Translations under genes and position numbers: made by a program
From: a virus
DNA length: 64,000 bases
Strand: one strand, 5' to 3'
Virus record (IMG/VR): IMGVR_UViG_3300020180_000016
Location: 17,758-81,757 of that record
Notes under the pieces: generated by a model
Told to the model about the DNA's origin: nothing
What the model saw: only the letters and a program-made list of their open reading frames with translations
Databases searched by the model: none
Shown here: in pieces, positions 18,542 through 28,380 of the stretch
How the letters are laid out: every line of letters begins with the position of its first letter
Position numbering within the stretch: position 1 is the first letter of the stretch

Positions 18542-19375
18542 ATGAGAAGAATGATTCTGTTGTTGGTTCCTCTGCTCATTGCAGCGGAACCTATGCCGCC
18601 TAAGGCTGGGATTTTGTTCCCAGTCCCAACCATCACACCTGTGGTGGTGCACGACCCGGTACCTGATCCTAAGACGGATCAGTCGGCCTTGCTGGATGAT
18701 GAGTTCTATGTCATTTCGTCTCCAGAGGAATTCTGGATTCGATGCGTGCCAATGAAGTCGCCGTTGATCGACATCACATATCAAGAAGGCCCGTTGAATA
18801 TTCGGGCCAAGTTCTTTGACGGCGACGGTAAATATGAGACGAGAAAGTTTACGGACAAATATCTCGTTCTCGTGAATGCGACGAAAGGGGCTCTGGGAGC
18901 AGTTGATCTGATCGGTATTCCAAAGGGAGTGGATACCGAAGACAAGATTCAACAAACCACGCTCAAGATCGGTAATGGTCCTAGGCCCCCGCCGGAACCT
19001 GATGTCGATGTCGATCCAGAACCTGACACAGATACCATTCCAGCCCCGGTGGGGTTTCGTGTCATTTTCAAGTATGAAAAAGATGACTTGACTCCGGAAC
19101 ACTCGATTATGATGGGTGGTGATCCTAGGATTGTGGATTACCTGAATGATCGATGTGCGAAGGATGCCGAAGGTTATTCGGAGTGGCGGGCATTTGATAA
19201 GGACATCCAGTTCAAATCCGGAGCCTCACCGTCGATTAAGGCTCTTTGGGAGACATCTAACGCCGACGCCCAGCCGTTGCCGAAGGTGGTTATTGCTGTG
19301 AATGGAAAGGCTCGTGTCTTTCCGTTCCCTGAGAATGGTAAGATGCTTGAACTGCTCAAGAAGTGGGGCGGTTAG
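18542..19375 (+). CDS. Secreted protein with Pro/Asp-rich linker
   Basis: Signal-peptide-like MRRMILLLVPLLIAA; PRPPPEPDVDVDPEP linker. Confidence 0.65.
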   Translation: MRRMILLLVPLLIAAEPMPPKAGILFPVPTITPVVVHDPVPDPKTDQSALLDDEFYVISSPEEFWIRCVPMKSPLIDITYQEGPLNIRAKFFDGDGKYETRKFTDKYLVLVNATKGALGAVDLIGIPKGVDTEDKIQQTTLKIGNGPRPPPEPDVDVDPEPDTDTIPAPVGFRVIFKYEKDDLTPEHSIMMGGDPRIVDYLNDRCAKDAEGYSEWRAFDKDIQFKSGASPSIKALWETSNADAQPLPKVVIAVNGKARVFPFPENGKMLELLKKWGG

Positions 19376-19391
19376 AACCTAGGAGAAGAAC

Positions 19392-20180
19392 ATGCCGTCG
19401 TCGCCGTTGTACAAAGGGGAAATCGTCATTGATGATGATTTTCCGGATAGCAAGATCGAAGAGATCAGCCGTAACATGCCCAAGGGCCTCAATAAGGGAT
19501 TTGGGGCCAACTACGGTAATCGCGGACTGACCGCCCTTCCGAAGAAATGGCTGATCCCTCGTAATGAGTGGCAGCCTCGGATCGAAGAGATTCATGCCAG
19601 AAAGATGTTACTTTCCGATCGGATTCGGAAAGCCGGTGTGAAGATGAAGAACCAAGCCAGCCTGAATTACTGCTGGGTTTTTGCAGTCGTCCACAGCTAT
19701 GAGATCAATCGGCTGTCGGCGAATATGCCGTACAAATCTTATTCACCGGTTTCGGTGGGTGGGCCTATCAAGGGCTGGGCAAATGTAGGTGGTTGGGGCT
19801 CTGAAGCCATCCAACGAATGGGCCAAGAAGGAGTCAATGAGACAGCCGACTGGCCGGACACGGCTCTGGACAAACGGTATTATACGGCGGCTAATCGAGA
19901 GAAGGCTCTCGAGAATCGGGTCACAGAGTGGTTTGAATGCGAACCGCGAAACATTGACGAGCACATCTCTCTTCTGTTGCATCTACGGTCGGCTGCTGCT
20001 GGGCGAAGTTGGTGGGCTCACGAGATTACCGACGTCGACGCCGTCTGGGTGAATGGGGCGATCGGTGTTCGGTACCGGAATCAGTGGCTTGGTTTCGGTG
20101 ATGATGGATTTGCGATTCTGCAAGGCAATCGCATGTTGGCTGATGACTTGGTTTCCCCTCAGGTGTCGATGGCGGTTTGA
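19392..20180 (+). CDS. Papain-like (C1) cysteine peptidase
   Basis: Q....CW..A (QASLNYCWVFA), catalytic H (WWAH), N in RNQW..FGDDG. Confidence 0.75.
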   Translation: MPSSPLYKGEIVIDDDFPDSKIEEISRNMPKGLNKGFGANYGNRGLTALPKKWLIPRNEWQPRIEEIHARKMLLSDRIRKAGVKMKNQASLNYCWVFAVVHSYEINRLSANMPYKSYSPVSVGGPIKGWANVGGWGSEAIQRMGQEGVNETADWPDTALDKRYYTAANREKALENRVTEWFECEPRNIDEHISLLLHLRSAAAGRSWWAHEITDVDAVWVNGAIGVRYRNQWLGFGDDGFAILQGNRMLADDLVSPQVSMAV

Positions 20181-20193
20181 AAGAGGAGACGAA

Positions 20194-20883
20194 ATGAGTT
20201 GGTTCTTAATCGTTGCTGTTCTGCTCAACCCAGCCTACGAGCTGGTTCCGTCTAATACCCAGAAGCCTTTATTCGAATTGGTAGACGACAAATCTACCAT
20301 CATCGGATACACCTTAGGCGACGGATGTGTGCCGTGCAAACGAGCAGCGAGCGACGACACGCAAGGCAACCTCTCAGTTCACATCGAGTGGAAGGCTCCG
20401 CCGGATTGGTACATCAAGGATTTTGTTGAGAAGCATCCAGGCGAGTATGGTTTCCCGGCCTTCCACTGGAAGAACAAGAAAGGGATGTGGGTCGTCAAGT
20501 CTGGATATCTGGATGCCAAATCTTTCAATGCGATGTTGAACCACGCTGAGATGGAGATGGAGATGGCAGTGGCCGGACCCAAGACAGGTGTCTGCCGATG
20601 TCGCGGATCGAACGAGGGGGTTTGCTTCTGCCGTCAACGAGGAGTGGTTTGTCGATGTAATGCGTCGACGGGCTCCGTCTGGACATTGGACACGAAGAAT
20701 AAGCCAATTGCCAAGACCGGTCAGTATGCAAACCCCAATACCGCAGCACCTGCAGGAACCAACAAGAATGCACCAAGGACCACCGACCAGGCACCGGGCA
20801 GTAGCGTAGGTGGTCGGTGGGTTTTGCAGCGGCAATGCACCAGGCGTGGGTGTTTCTACAATCAGGTTTGGGTTCCGGAATAA
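20194..20883 (+). CDS. Secreted thioredoxin-like / Cys-rich protein
   Basis: GAGGAG RBS, hydrophobic N-terminus, CVPCK and cis-Pro-like FP, Cys-rich tail. Confidence 0.55.
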   Translation: MSWFLIVAVLLNPAYELVPSNTQKPLFELVDDKSTIIGYTLGDGCVPCKRAASDDTQGNLSVHIEWKAPPDWYIKDFVEKHPGEYGFPAFHWKNKKGMWVVKSGYLDAKSFNAMLNHAEMEMEMAVAGPKTGVCRCRGSNEGVCFCRQRGVVCRCNASTGSVWTLDTKNKPIAKTGQYANPNTAAPAGTNKNAPRTTDQAPGSSVGGRWVLQRQCTRRGCFYNQVWVPE

Positions 20884-20886
20884 TCA

Positions 20887-21648
20887 ATGGTCACCAAGTC
20901 GAATACGTCGATACCTATCAGTTATCTTGATACTGATGGGACGCTTGCTGCAAATTCAGATGTGACGGTGGCGACTCAAAAAGCCACGAAGAGCTACGTC
21001 GACAGTGTCGCGACGGTGGCGTCTGATACGATCTGGGACGCCAAGGGCGACATCGCGGCCGGAACTGCGGCGGACACGGCTGCCAAGCTGACCGTGGGGA
21101 CGAATGGCTATGTGCTCACGGCGGCCAGCGCCGAAACGACCGGTTTGAAGTGGGCAGATCCGGGCACGGTGTCCAGCCCGACGGCAAAGGTACACATCGC
21201 GGCGGGGACCGCGACCGCCAACACGGCCCCTTTGAAGCTGACGAGCGGAACAAACCTGACTACTCCAGAGGCCGGGGCGGTCGAGTTCGACGGCAGCACG
21301 ATATTCTTCACCAACTCGACGCCGACGCGCATCCCGCTCACGGCTCCTCTGGTCGCGACGACCTACGGGGGCACGACGACATTTGATCTGGCCGTCGGCC
21401 GCGTCCACACCGTCACCTTGACCGGCAATCCGACGCTGGCGCTGAGCAACGTGACGAACCGGCCCTTCTCCATCTGTCTCAAGCAGGACGGGACCGGCTC
21501 GCGGACGGTGACCTGGTTCAGCACGATCGCCTGGGCGGGCGGCGTCGCCCCCACACTCACCACCACCGCCAACAAGTCCGACCTGTTCGGATTCTTACCG
21601 ATCGGCGGCGGCAACTACCTCGGCCTCGTGTTGGGGCAGAACGCATAA
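20887..21648 (+). CDS. Tail fibre / virion appendage protein
   Basis: TQKATKSYVD, KGDI, GTNGYVLTA..GLKW, QDGTGSRTVTW fibre motifs; Thr/Gly/Ala-rich. Confidence 0.7.
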   Translation: MVTKSNTSIPISYLDTDGTLAANSDVTVATQKATKSYVDSVATVASDTIWDAKGDIAAGTAADTAAKLTVGTNGYVLTAASAETTGLKWADPGTVSSPTAKVHIAAGTATANTAPLKLTSGTNLTTPEAGAVEFDGSTIFFTNSTPTRIPLTAPLVATTYGGTTTFDLAVGRVHTVTLTGNPTLALSNVTNRPFSICLKQDGTGSRTVTWFSTIAWAGGVAPTLTTTANKSDLFGFLPIGGGNYLGLVLGQNA

Positions 21649-22325
21649 TGGCCACTGAAACAAAAATTGCAGGGGCGGGCAGTAGCGTAAACCGTGGCAC
21701 CGACACTGCATGGAGTAGCCCAGGGTTGGTCACCGCTTCTGATTCATACGATGCGATGTGTACAACCACGGCAACCGGAGATAATACGCAACATCTACGT
21801 GCGTCAAGCTTCGGGTTCGGCCTACCGAGCGGGTCGCAGATTACAGGTATTACCGTCGTGTATCGCCGCAAGGCGCAGTATGCGTCTTCCGCCGTCGAGG
21901 TGGAAGTGAAAATCGTAGACGGCAGTACGCAACTTGGCAGCAACAAAGCCAGTGGGACAACCTGGGGTCAGTCCTACGAGTTGCGCACAGTAGGCGGGTC
22001 TGCGGATACCTGGGGGATTACCGGTGGCAATCTGACAACACTGTCGGACAACGCCAATTCGACAATTGGCGTTGAAATTCAAGCAGAATCCAACCTCTTC
22101 GCGCCGTGCGATTTCAATATCGACTACGTGGAAATGACATTGGAATACACTGCCGGCGCCGCCGGCACGTACAATGGCACTACGATCGCCAAGGGGGCCA
22201 GTGCCTTCTGGCTATTACTGTGCGATGCGTCGCGGGTGGCGAGTGACAAACTCTGGACGCCGGAGCGGCCCTTGTGGACGCCCCGGCCGGCATATTCTCC
22301 CGAGAAACTAGCCAAGGCTGATTAG
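21648..22325 (+). CDS. Virion structural protein (beta-sandwich)
   Basis: FGFGLP...ITGI.V and GG..DTWG motifs; Thr/Ser/Gly-rich. Confidence 0.6.
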   Translation: MATETKIAGAGSSVNRGTDTAWSSPGLVTASDSYDAMCTTTATGDNTQHLRASSFGFGLPSGSQITGITVVYRRKAQYASSAVEVEVKIVDGSTQLGSNKASGTTWGQSYELRTVGGSADTWGITGGNLTTLSDNANSTIGVEIQAESNLFAPCDFNIDYVEMTLEYTAGAAGTYNGTTIAKGASAFWLLLCDASRVASDKLWTPERPLWTPRPAYSPEKLAKAD

Positions 22326-22327
22326 TT

Positions 22328-22984
22328 ATGGCTGTGAAGGTGACATACAATCCTGGACTTTCCGGAAAGACTCTCTTCGCAACTGCACAAAGGTTGTCGG
22401 ACGGATTCTTCTGGAACGAAAGTGGTGCAGCTTGGGAGGCTGCACCTACTTTGGCAAATCAGAAATTGTCGCTTTCGGCAGGGAGTGCAAGTAAGGTCAC
22501 GGTGTATGAAGCCTCGTTTTCGGCAGGGATGGGTGATGCTGGGCGAATTCTTATCTTCATCCATGATGATGACGTATCCGGTGACCTTGTTATAGACACA
22601 ATGCCGACGATTGATGTCTATGGTGGTGTTGAAGTCCAGAACATGTCCGCCGTGGCCGGCAGTGTCTCCGCCGCGACGAACGTGAAAAATTCAGCCCTTG
22701 CAATTACCTCAGGCACCGTAGTTGCTGCTTTTGGTTCAGCAAATACGGCTTTGACTTTCGACACCGATCTTGAAGTTGACGTTGATGACTATTATGGGAA
22801 TGCAAATGGCGGTACTGTGCTCGCATTCTTGGATACGGCTGAGAATCGACACGTTGCTCGGAGAGTGGTGGCTTCGACTACTGCTGGATCGAATACAAGA
22901 GTGACGGTGGAAGAAGTCTTTCCTAATATTCCTGTGGTAGGCGATCCGTTCGTCATTCTTGGTAGGATTACGGAGCTATCGTAG
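22328..22984 (+). CDS. Virion structural protein
   Basis: DDYY, GD.FVI motifs; structural context. Confidence 0.55.
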   Translation: MAVKVTYNPGLSGKTLFATAQRLSDGFFWNESGAAWEAAPTLANQKLSLSAGSASKVTVYEASFSAGMGDAGRILIFIHDDDVSGDLVIDTMPTIDVYGGVEVQNMSAVAGSVSAATNVKNSALAITSGTVVAAFGSANTALTFDTDLEVDVDDYYGNANGGTVLAFLDTAENRHVARRVVASTTAGSNTRVTVEEVFPNIPVVGDPFVILGRITELS

Positions 22985-23425
22985 ATGTATCAGCTCTGGC
23001 AATACTACCTTCAGAGTGTAGTCACTACGCAGTCGAGCTCGTCATCTCAATCAAGCTCGTCGAGTTCTGAATCAAGTAGTTCTTCAATTTCTTCGAGTAG
23101 CAGCCAATCATCGAGTTCGAGCTCCACGTCGTCATCCAGATCTTCGAATTCTTCGAGCAGTAGTCAATCTTCTAGTTCATCTCTTTCGTCGACATCGTCG
23201 TCACCTTCATCTCAGAGCTCGTCTTCGTCCTCATCAAGTAGCTCCCTTTCCAGTCAATCATCAAGTTCATCGTCAAGCTCGAGTTCCTCGAGTTCACAAT
23301 CATCTAGTTCTAGTTCTAGCCAATCCAGTTCGTCAAGCTCGTCTGCTGTTGTAAAGAGCCCGGCCGGAAAGACAGTAGATCACATCGGCCCGGCCGGTTT
23401 GACATCTAGAAGAGTGGGCTTGTAG
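22985..23425 (+). CDS. Poly-serine protein
   Basis: About 100-residue Ser-rich tract with mixed TCN/AGY codons; starts directly after the previous stop. Confidence 0.65.
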   Translation: MYQLWQYYLQSVVTTQSSSSSQSSSSSSESSSSSISSSSSQSSSSSSTSSSRSSNSSSSSQSSSSSLSSTSSSPSSQSSSSSSSSSSLSSQSSSSSSSSSSSSSQSSSSSSSQSSSSSSSAVVKSPAGKTVDHIGPAGLTSRRVGL

Positions 23426-23471
23426 GTTCTGGTGTTGTTCTTAGCCGATGTTCTAGTTATTATAGACGGTT

Positions 23472-23840
23472 ATGACTCTAATCTACGCCTATCAAAATCG
23501 AGGCTTGACAGAAGACATCACTATCGTGGATGCTGACGGAGCTACGGTAGTTCCGGGTGTCAACGATAAGGTGCGAGTCATCATCGGAAGAGAAGGTCGG
23601 TTGGGTGTGGACTTAGCCGATGCCCAGTTGGTGGTTGTGAATGACGCACCGACAGCCAATGGCAGCACCTTCAGTAAGAACACACCGTCGTCGGGAGTGA
23701 ATAGGCTTCGTCTGGATGCTTCCGATTTGGCTTTGATTCCATTCGGGTCGTGGACGTTGTTCGTGGATATGCTCGATAACGCAGACAGCAGTGAGTGGAA
23801 GAATGTTTCTCGTCAGGTATTTGTTGTGGAGCAGACATGA
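23472..23840 (+). CDS. Ig-like/BppU-like structural protein
   Basis: Beta-rich pattern; context. Confidence 0.5.
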   Translation: MTLIYAYQNRGLTEDITIVDADGATVVPGVNDKVRVIIGREGRLGVDLADAQLVVVNDAPTANGSTFSKNTPSSGVNRLRLDASDLALIPFGSWTLFVDMLDNADSSEWKNVSRQVFVVEQT

Positions 23841-24029
23841 GTCGGTCTAAGGCTGAGGCTTCGAAACAGAGATCCGCAGCCTTAAAGGCTCAGATATATA
23901 TATATACTGGACGCCTTGAAATTGCGAAAATCAAGGGTGGGTGATCTCGTGGCTTCAGACTTTGATCGGCCACACCAAGAACCTGTCCAGCCTGTCTGAT
24001 CGGCTTGATAAGCTTGTGGAGATTCTTCA

Positions 24030-24830
24030 GTGAAGCCTATCGCAGACATGTCTGAGATGTTGCTTCTTCTCGGGCTAGACGACTCAGCAACAACCCGACA
24101 ACGGGCCTTGGCTCAATTGTGCATTCGTCGAGCCGAAGCTGCCGTTCGTAGTTGTATTGGCTACGATCCGGTACGGACTTCACGGACTGAGTTCTACCCA
24201 CAAGGGGATATGTCTCGCTCAGGTCGAACGGCGATTTGGGAAGTTGATGACACGTCGGCTTACATCCGCCAATTGTCCGAGGCATCGACGGATGAGTTGC
24301 AACTCAAACATCTTCCGTTAAGAGAGATCACACATCTCTATATTGATTATGATGGTCGGGGTGGGCAACGTACCGGATCATTTGCTGCTGGAACTGAAAA
24401 GGTGCTGGGTCAAGATTTCTGGATGTCGGCTGACGGACTCGACTCTGATGGTGACCTTTATTCGCTGGACGGTATTCTTCGATCACATGGTCGGTGGCCA
24501 GACATCGCAGGTTCCGTGAAGGTGGTGTACGAGGCTGGATACTCCGATAATGAACTGCACGGCAATGATGATGTGCTGGACGCCTCAGCAATCCTGGAGT
24601 CCGTGACCGACGAAGCCACTCGTAGATTCCATAAGGCTTTGAGTCGTGCAAAGAGGCGGTTGGCTGGGTTCTCAGGGCCGGTGACATCAGAGTCGTTGGG
24701 AGATTACAGCTATTCCGCAGATTCTGCTATGTTGTCGGCGTTGGTTGGCACTAATTTGAATGTGGCAGCGGATGTTCAGATCCGCCTCCAAGAAGGTGGC
24801 TTTACCCGGTTTGACATGGGAGTGATGTGA
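24030..24830 (+). CDS. Head-tail connector/adaptor
   Basis: VKVVYEAGY and SESLGDYSYS motifs. Confidence 0.7.
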   Translation: MKPIADMSEMLLLLGLDDSATTRQRALAQLCIRRAEAAVRSCIGYDPVRTSRTEFYPQGDMSRSGRTAIWEVDDTSAYIRQLSEASTDELQLKHLPLREITHLYIDYDGRGGQRTGSFAAGTEKVLGQDFWMSADGLDSDGDLYSLDGILRSHGRWPDIAGSVKVVYEAGYSDNELHGNDDVLDASAILESVTDEATRRFHKALSRAKRRLAGFSGPVTSESLGDYSYSADSAMLSALVGTNLNVAADVQIRLQEGGFTRFDMGVM

Positions 24831-25195
24831 GCCTCCTCGACGAACTTCCGAATCGCTGTTCCATTTACCGTAAAGTCAGAACGGTAGATGGGATGTCTGG
24901 GAACATCGACACTCGAGTCTTGGAGCAGTCGAATGTTGAGTGCTGGCGACAGAGTGCGAACTCGTCAGAAGTGACGACCTTCCAGAAGCAAGACATCACC
25001 GTTTCATGCAAGATATATTTCTCGGAGAATCCACAAGTCACTGAGCAGCATTCCATCGTAATCACTAAGATGAATGGTGAGGCTGTGACGGAAGAGTTCT
25101 ATGACGTGGTGAGCTATGCTGTGCCGGATGCCGGTGCAGGCTTAGGGGTTCTCTACCGGGTTATGGTCAACACGAGCACAGGACGAACGAATTGA
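24827..25195 (+). CDS. Head closure protein
   Basis: Size, beta pattern, follows the adaptor. Confidence 0.6.
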   Translation: MSLLDELPNRCSIYRKVRTVDGMSGNIDTRVLEQSNVECWRQSANSSEVTTFQKQDITVSCKIYFSENPQVTEQHSIVITKMNGEAVTEEFYDVVSYAVPDAGAGLGVLYRVMVNTSTGRTN

Positions 25196-25253
25196 AATCG
25201 TCTACCAGAATTAAGGTTCTGAAAGCTGTCAAATCAGCGATCAAGTATTCAGT

Positions 25254-25595
25254 ATGAAAGTCAGTTGCCTTAGTATCGCTGATTATCTCGAGAACCTTCA
25301 CACGGTGAAAGATGTCTATGACAAGACAATCCGCGTGTCTGTTATTCGTCGACCTGTGGATGGGACATCAAGAGATGCCATCAAATTTGATGTGGTTCTT
25401 CAATCGTCCACGGTGGTTTTGGTTAATGAAGAATCTGAATATATTCTTGAGGCGGGGGAGACGTGCGGGGTTGACTATGAAGAATCGACCCCGGAGAGAA
25501 AAGGCTCAGAGCGGGCCCAGGAGTTGAAGAAACAGATTGTGGAGTTGGCCGTTGGTAAGGGATGGCAGGTTTTGCCGGGGATCATTTCGGAGTAG
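25254..25595 (+). CDS. Hypothetical protein
   Basis: ORF in operon. Confidence 0.5.
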   Translation: MKVSCLSIADYLENLHTVKDVYDKTIRVSVIRRPVDGTSRDAIKFDVVLQSSTVVLVNEESEYILEAGETCGVDYEESTPERKGSERAQELKKQIVELAVGKGWQVLPGIISE

Positions 25596-25606
25596 AGAGA
25601 AGAACA

Positions 25607-26029
25607 ATGCCTAAAGAAGAACACAGGTCAGCGGCAGAGTGTCTGGAGAGAGCTTTTCTTTATCTCCACGAAGTTGCTCTTAACGCGCAGCATCCAAAAG
25701 GGCCGTGGATGGCGGCCTTCTGGAAGATTGAGAATGGGAATGTCTTTCTCTATCGCACCACCTGTCAGTACCCTAGCCAGGACCTGATGGCGGCTTTGGA
25801 TTTGTTGAAGTCAAATCTCCAGGAAGACATCAACCAGAAGATTTCCGACCAACCACTGCCGTTGGCCCATCATATCATCAACGAATTGACAAAGAGAGAA
25901 GAAGAAAATGTTCAAGTGGTTGTTCCTGCTGATTCGGCGGAAGGAAGTGTCTCTGCTGCAGAAGGATCTGTATCAGGGGAACCAGAGGATCAATCAACTA
26001 ACGAAGGACAGAATCAAGTCGGAGGCTAA
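25607..26029 (+). CDS. Hypothetical protein
   Basis: ATG preceded by the GAGAAGAA leader. Confidence 0.5.
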   Translation: MPKEEHRSAAECLERAFLYLHEVALNAQHPKGPWMAAFWKIENGNVFLYRTTCQYPSQDLMAALDLLKSNLQEDINQKISDQPLPLAHHIINELTKREEENVQVVVPADSAEGSVSAAEGSVSGEPEDQSTNEGQNQVGG

Positions 26030-26297
26030 GCTGACTCAGCTCCGGGAAGAACTTGACGAGGCCAAGAAAAAGACGGATGAGATTGTCCGTAAGACGAAGA
26101 TTGAGATTGACCGGGCCGAGGGGCTGAATAAGAGACTGGAATTGGCTCTGGATGGATCTCAAGAGGCTCTGCGAATTGCCGAGGACACGATCATCCCGGC
26201 TCTAACCGCAGCTAATTTGACGTTTCAGAAGACGTGGGATTGCCAATCGGCTCAGCTTGAATTCTACAAAGTCGTTAAAGGACAAGGACAAGAATGA
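25908..26297 (+). CDS. Coiled-coil protein
   Basis: ATG preceded by the GAGAAGAA leader; heptad pattern. Confidence 0.5.
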   Translation: MFKWLFLLIRRKEVSLLQKDLYQGNQRINQLTKDRIKSEAKLTQLREELDEAKKKTDEIVRKTKIEIDRAEGLNKRLELALDGSQEALRIAEDTIIPALTAANLTFQKTWDCQSAQLEFYKVVKGQGQE

Positions 26298-26596
26298 ACA
26301 CATCTAAAGTTATCCAGGCCTTATCGAATACCATCACCCAGGGTCTTCAAACTAATCCCAAGAAGACTGGATCGACCTCGACATGGAAGGTCGAGGGAGT
26401 TGAGTACGTCACGGCCGCCAAGCAAACTCTCTCCAAGCTCGTCAGTGAGGATGGTTTTCAGAAGGTGCGTAATGTGAAGAAGGACGGCATTCTTCATGTG
26501 GAACTGAAGCACCCTCTGGGTTTGTCGGTGAATGCAAAAATTGACGGGGTCGCTCGGTCAATGGGTGATGGCTTTGCTGAAATCAATCTCGACTGA
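26294..26596 (+). CDS. Hypothetical protein
   Basis: ATGA overlap with the previous gene. Confidence 0.5.
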   Translation: MNTSKVIQALSNTITQGLQTNPKKTGSTSTWKVEGVEYVTAAKQTLSKLVSEDGFQKVRNVKKDGILHVELKHPLGLSVNAKIDGVARSMGDGFAEINLD

Positions 26597-26623
26597 TGGT
26601 TCTGGTTTGGGTGATATATATAT

Positions 26624-26654
26624 ACGGACGCCGTCAGAGACGGCGTCCGTTTTC
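26624..26654 (+). terminator. Intrinsic terminator
   Basis: ACGGACGCCGTC-AGA-GACGGCGTCCGT followed by TTT. Confidence 0.6.
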
Positions 26655-26687
26655 AGCTCTTCAAAGACAAAATCACTTCGTACCTAA

Positions 26688-28307
26688 TTGGAAGTTTCGA
26701 TGAAAGCCGTCGAAAGAGCCTTAACGCGGTCTCGTGATCTGGCAGCCACAGCGAACGCCTTGGCTAATCGGGCCAAGGCTGGAGCGACTGCGGGTGATCT
26801 GATTTCACCGTCCGCTTCCGGCCCGTTTGAGAAATACAGAACCGCCGCCAACAATAAACAGAAATACGCTCAGTTTCGAGGCTGGGTGTATTCGGCTGTG
26901 AATGCGATTGCGGAAGAGGCTGCCAAGCAGCCAGTCCAGATCGGCAAATTAGCTGGCAGTACAAGAGGAAAAGGTAAGCCGAAGTCGTCGAAATATCTGC
27001 AAGGTCACGATCGGCTGATGATGGCTAAGACCATCCAGAACAAGGCCGCATCAAAGCAGATTGAGATGATCCTAGATCATCCGTTGGCAACCGTGCTGGA
27101 GAAGCCGAATCCGATCCAGTACCGCTGGCAATTCGTCTATTCGTTCGTTGCCAATCTGTGTATGACGGGTTGGGGTTACATTATCGGGGACTACGACGAA
27201 GACGGTAATCCTACCTTCTTCTCAGTCCCGACAAGTTGGGTGGCACCGAAGCACGACAAGGGTTTGTTCTCTGAATTTGAGATCAGGAACCCAGACAATC
27301 CGTCGGCCAAAGGTGAAGTCTTGGATCGGGATCAGGTGGCGTTCGCCTACCTTCCGAATCCAGGCAATCTGATGTCGGCCTACTCTCCGACCTCAGCTCA
27401 ATCAGCCGCCATCAAGATCGACGACAACATCCAGTCTTGCGAGCTGGCGTTCTTCGACAACGGTATCTTTCCGTCTGTCATTGTCACGATGGGAAAGAAT
27501 CCGCACCCTGATGGAAAGAGTGACGGTGTTCGTCAGCGGTTGACGGCTACCCAACGAAGGCAAGTCTATGCCGCCATTCGTAAGGTTTCCGGTGGTATCG
27601 CCAATTACGGCAATCCGGCTATCGTCGATTCGCTGATTGAGCGAATTGACCGTTTGTCAATGACCCAGAACGAGCTGGGTTGGGACAAGTCTGAGACGAA
27701 GGTTCGGTCTCGTATCTTGTCCATCTTTGGTGTGCATCCGTTCATCCTCGGCGAGGAGATGGCTGGGAGTTACGCCCAAGCCTTTGTCGTGCAGGATCGG
27801 TTCTGTGGTAAGGTGAATGTCTTCTTGGATCTCTTGAGCACAATCATGACTGATTTTGCTCCGAGGTTTATAGATGATGAAGACGATCTTTTGGTGTGGT
27901 GGCGAGCAGCGACGGCAAACGATCCGTCGATGGAGAAAGGTGTCTACGAAGGGGCTCGTGGACGGAATGATATCACGCAGAATGAATTTCGAGCCTGGAT
28001 GGGTTTGCCGCCAGATGAAGATCGAAACGAGTCACAGATTGATAAATCGTCAGTTGGTGCAGTCGCCGGTGTTGCCGCACAGGTGACAAAAGGCGAGCTC
28101 ACTCCGGAACAGGCTACGGCGATTCTTACAGCCTTAGGCTTGGCTGACGACATCGCGAAGAAGATTGCTGGGACTGGACCTAAAGAGCCTGTTGAGAATC
28201 CAGAGGATCAAGGATTCGACGAGGACAATTGGGACCAACCTGATGAGGGTGGGTTTCGAAGTGGTCAGGCTATTCTGAAATGCGTACAAGGGATGACATC
28301 TGCGTAG
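26688..28307 (+). CDS. Portal protein (HK97-type)
   Basis: WVYSAVNAIA, HPL..L.KPNP, FFDNG.FPS, FGVHP, ITQNEFR..GLPP. Confidence 0.9.
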   Translation: MEVSMKAVERALTRSRDLAATANALANRAKAGATAGDLISPSASGPFEKYRTAANNKQKYAQFRGWVYSAVNAIAEEAAKQPVQIGKLAGSTRGKGKPKSSKYLQGHDRLMMAKTIQNKAASKQIEMILDHPLATVLEKPNPIQYRWQFVYSFVANLCMTGWGYIIGDYDEDGNPTFFSVPTSWVAPKHDKGLFSEFEIRNPDNPSAKGEVLDRDQVAFAYLPNPGNLMSAYSPTSAQSAAIKIDDNIQSCELAFFDNGIFPSVIVTMGKNPHPDGKSDGVRQRLTATQRRQVYAAIRKVSGGIANYGNPAIVDSLIERIDRLSMTQNELGWDKSETKVRSRILSIFGVHPFILGEEMAGSYAQAFVVQDRFCGKVNVFLDLLSTIMTDFAPRFIDDEDDLLVWWRAATANDPSMEKGVYEGARGRNDITQNEFRAWMGLPPDEDRNESQIDKSSVGAVAGVAAQVTKGELTPEQATAILTALGLADDIAKKIAGTGPKEPVENPEDQGFDEDNWDQPDEGGFRSGQAILKCVQGMTSA

Positions 28308-28380
28308 GTGGCTTACACACCCACCTTGACCTGGGTGGGTGCCGTGGTCAGTTGGTGTGCAGATCTACCGTTTACGGTAG

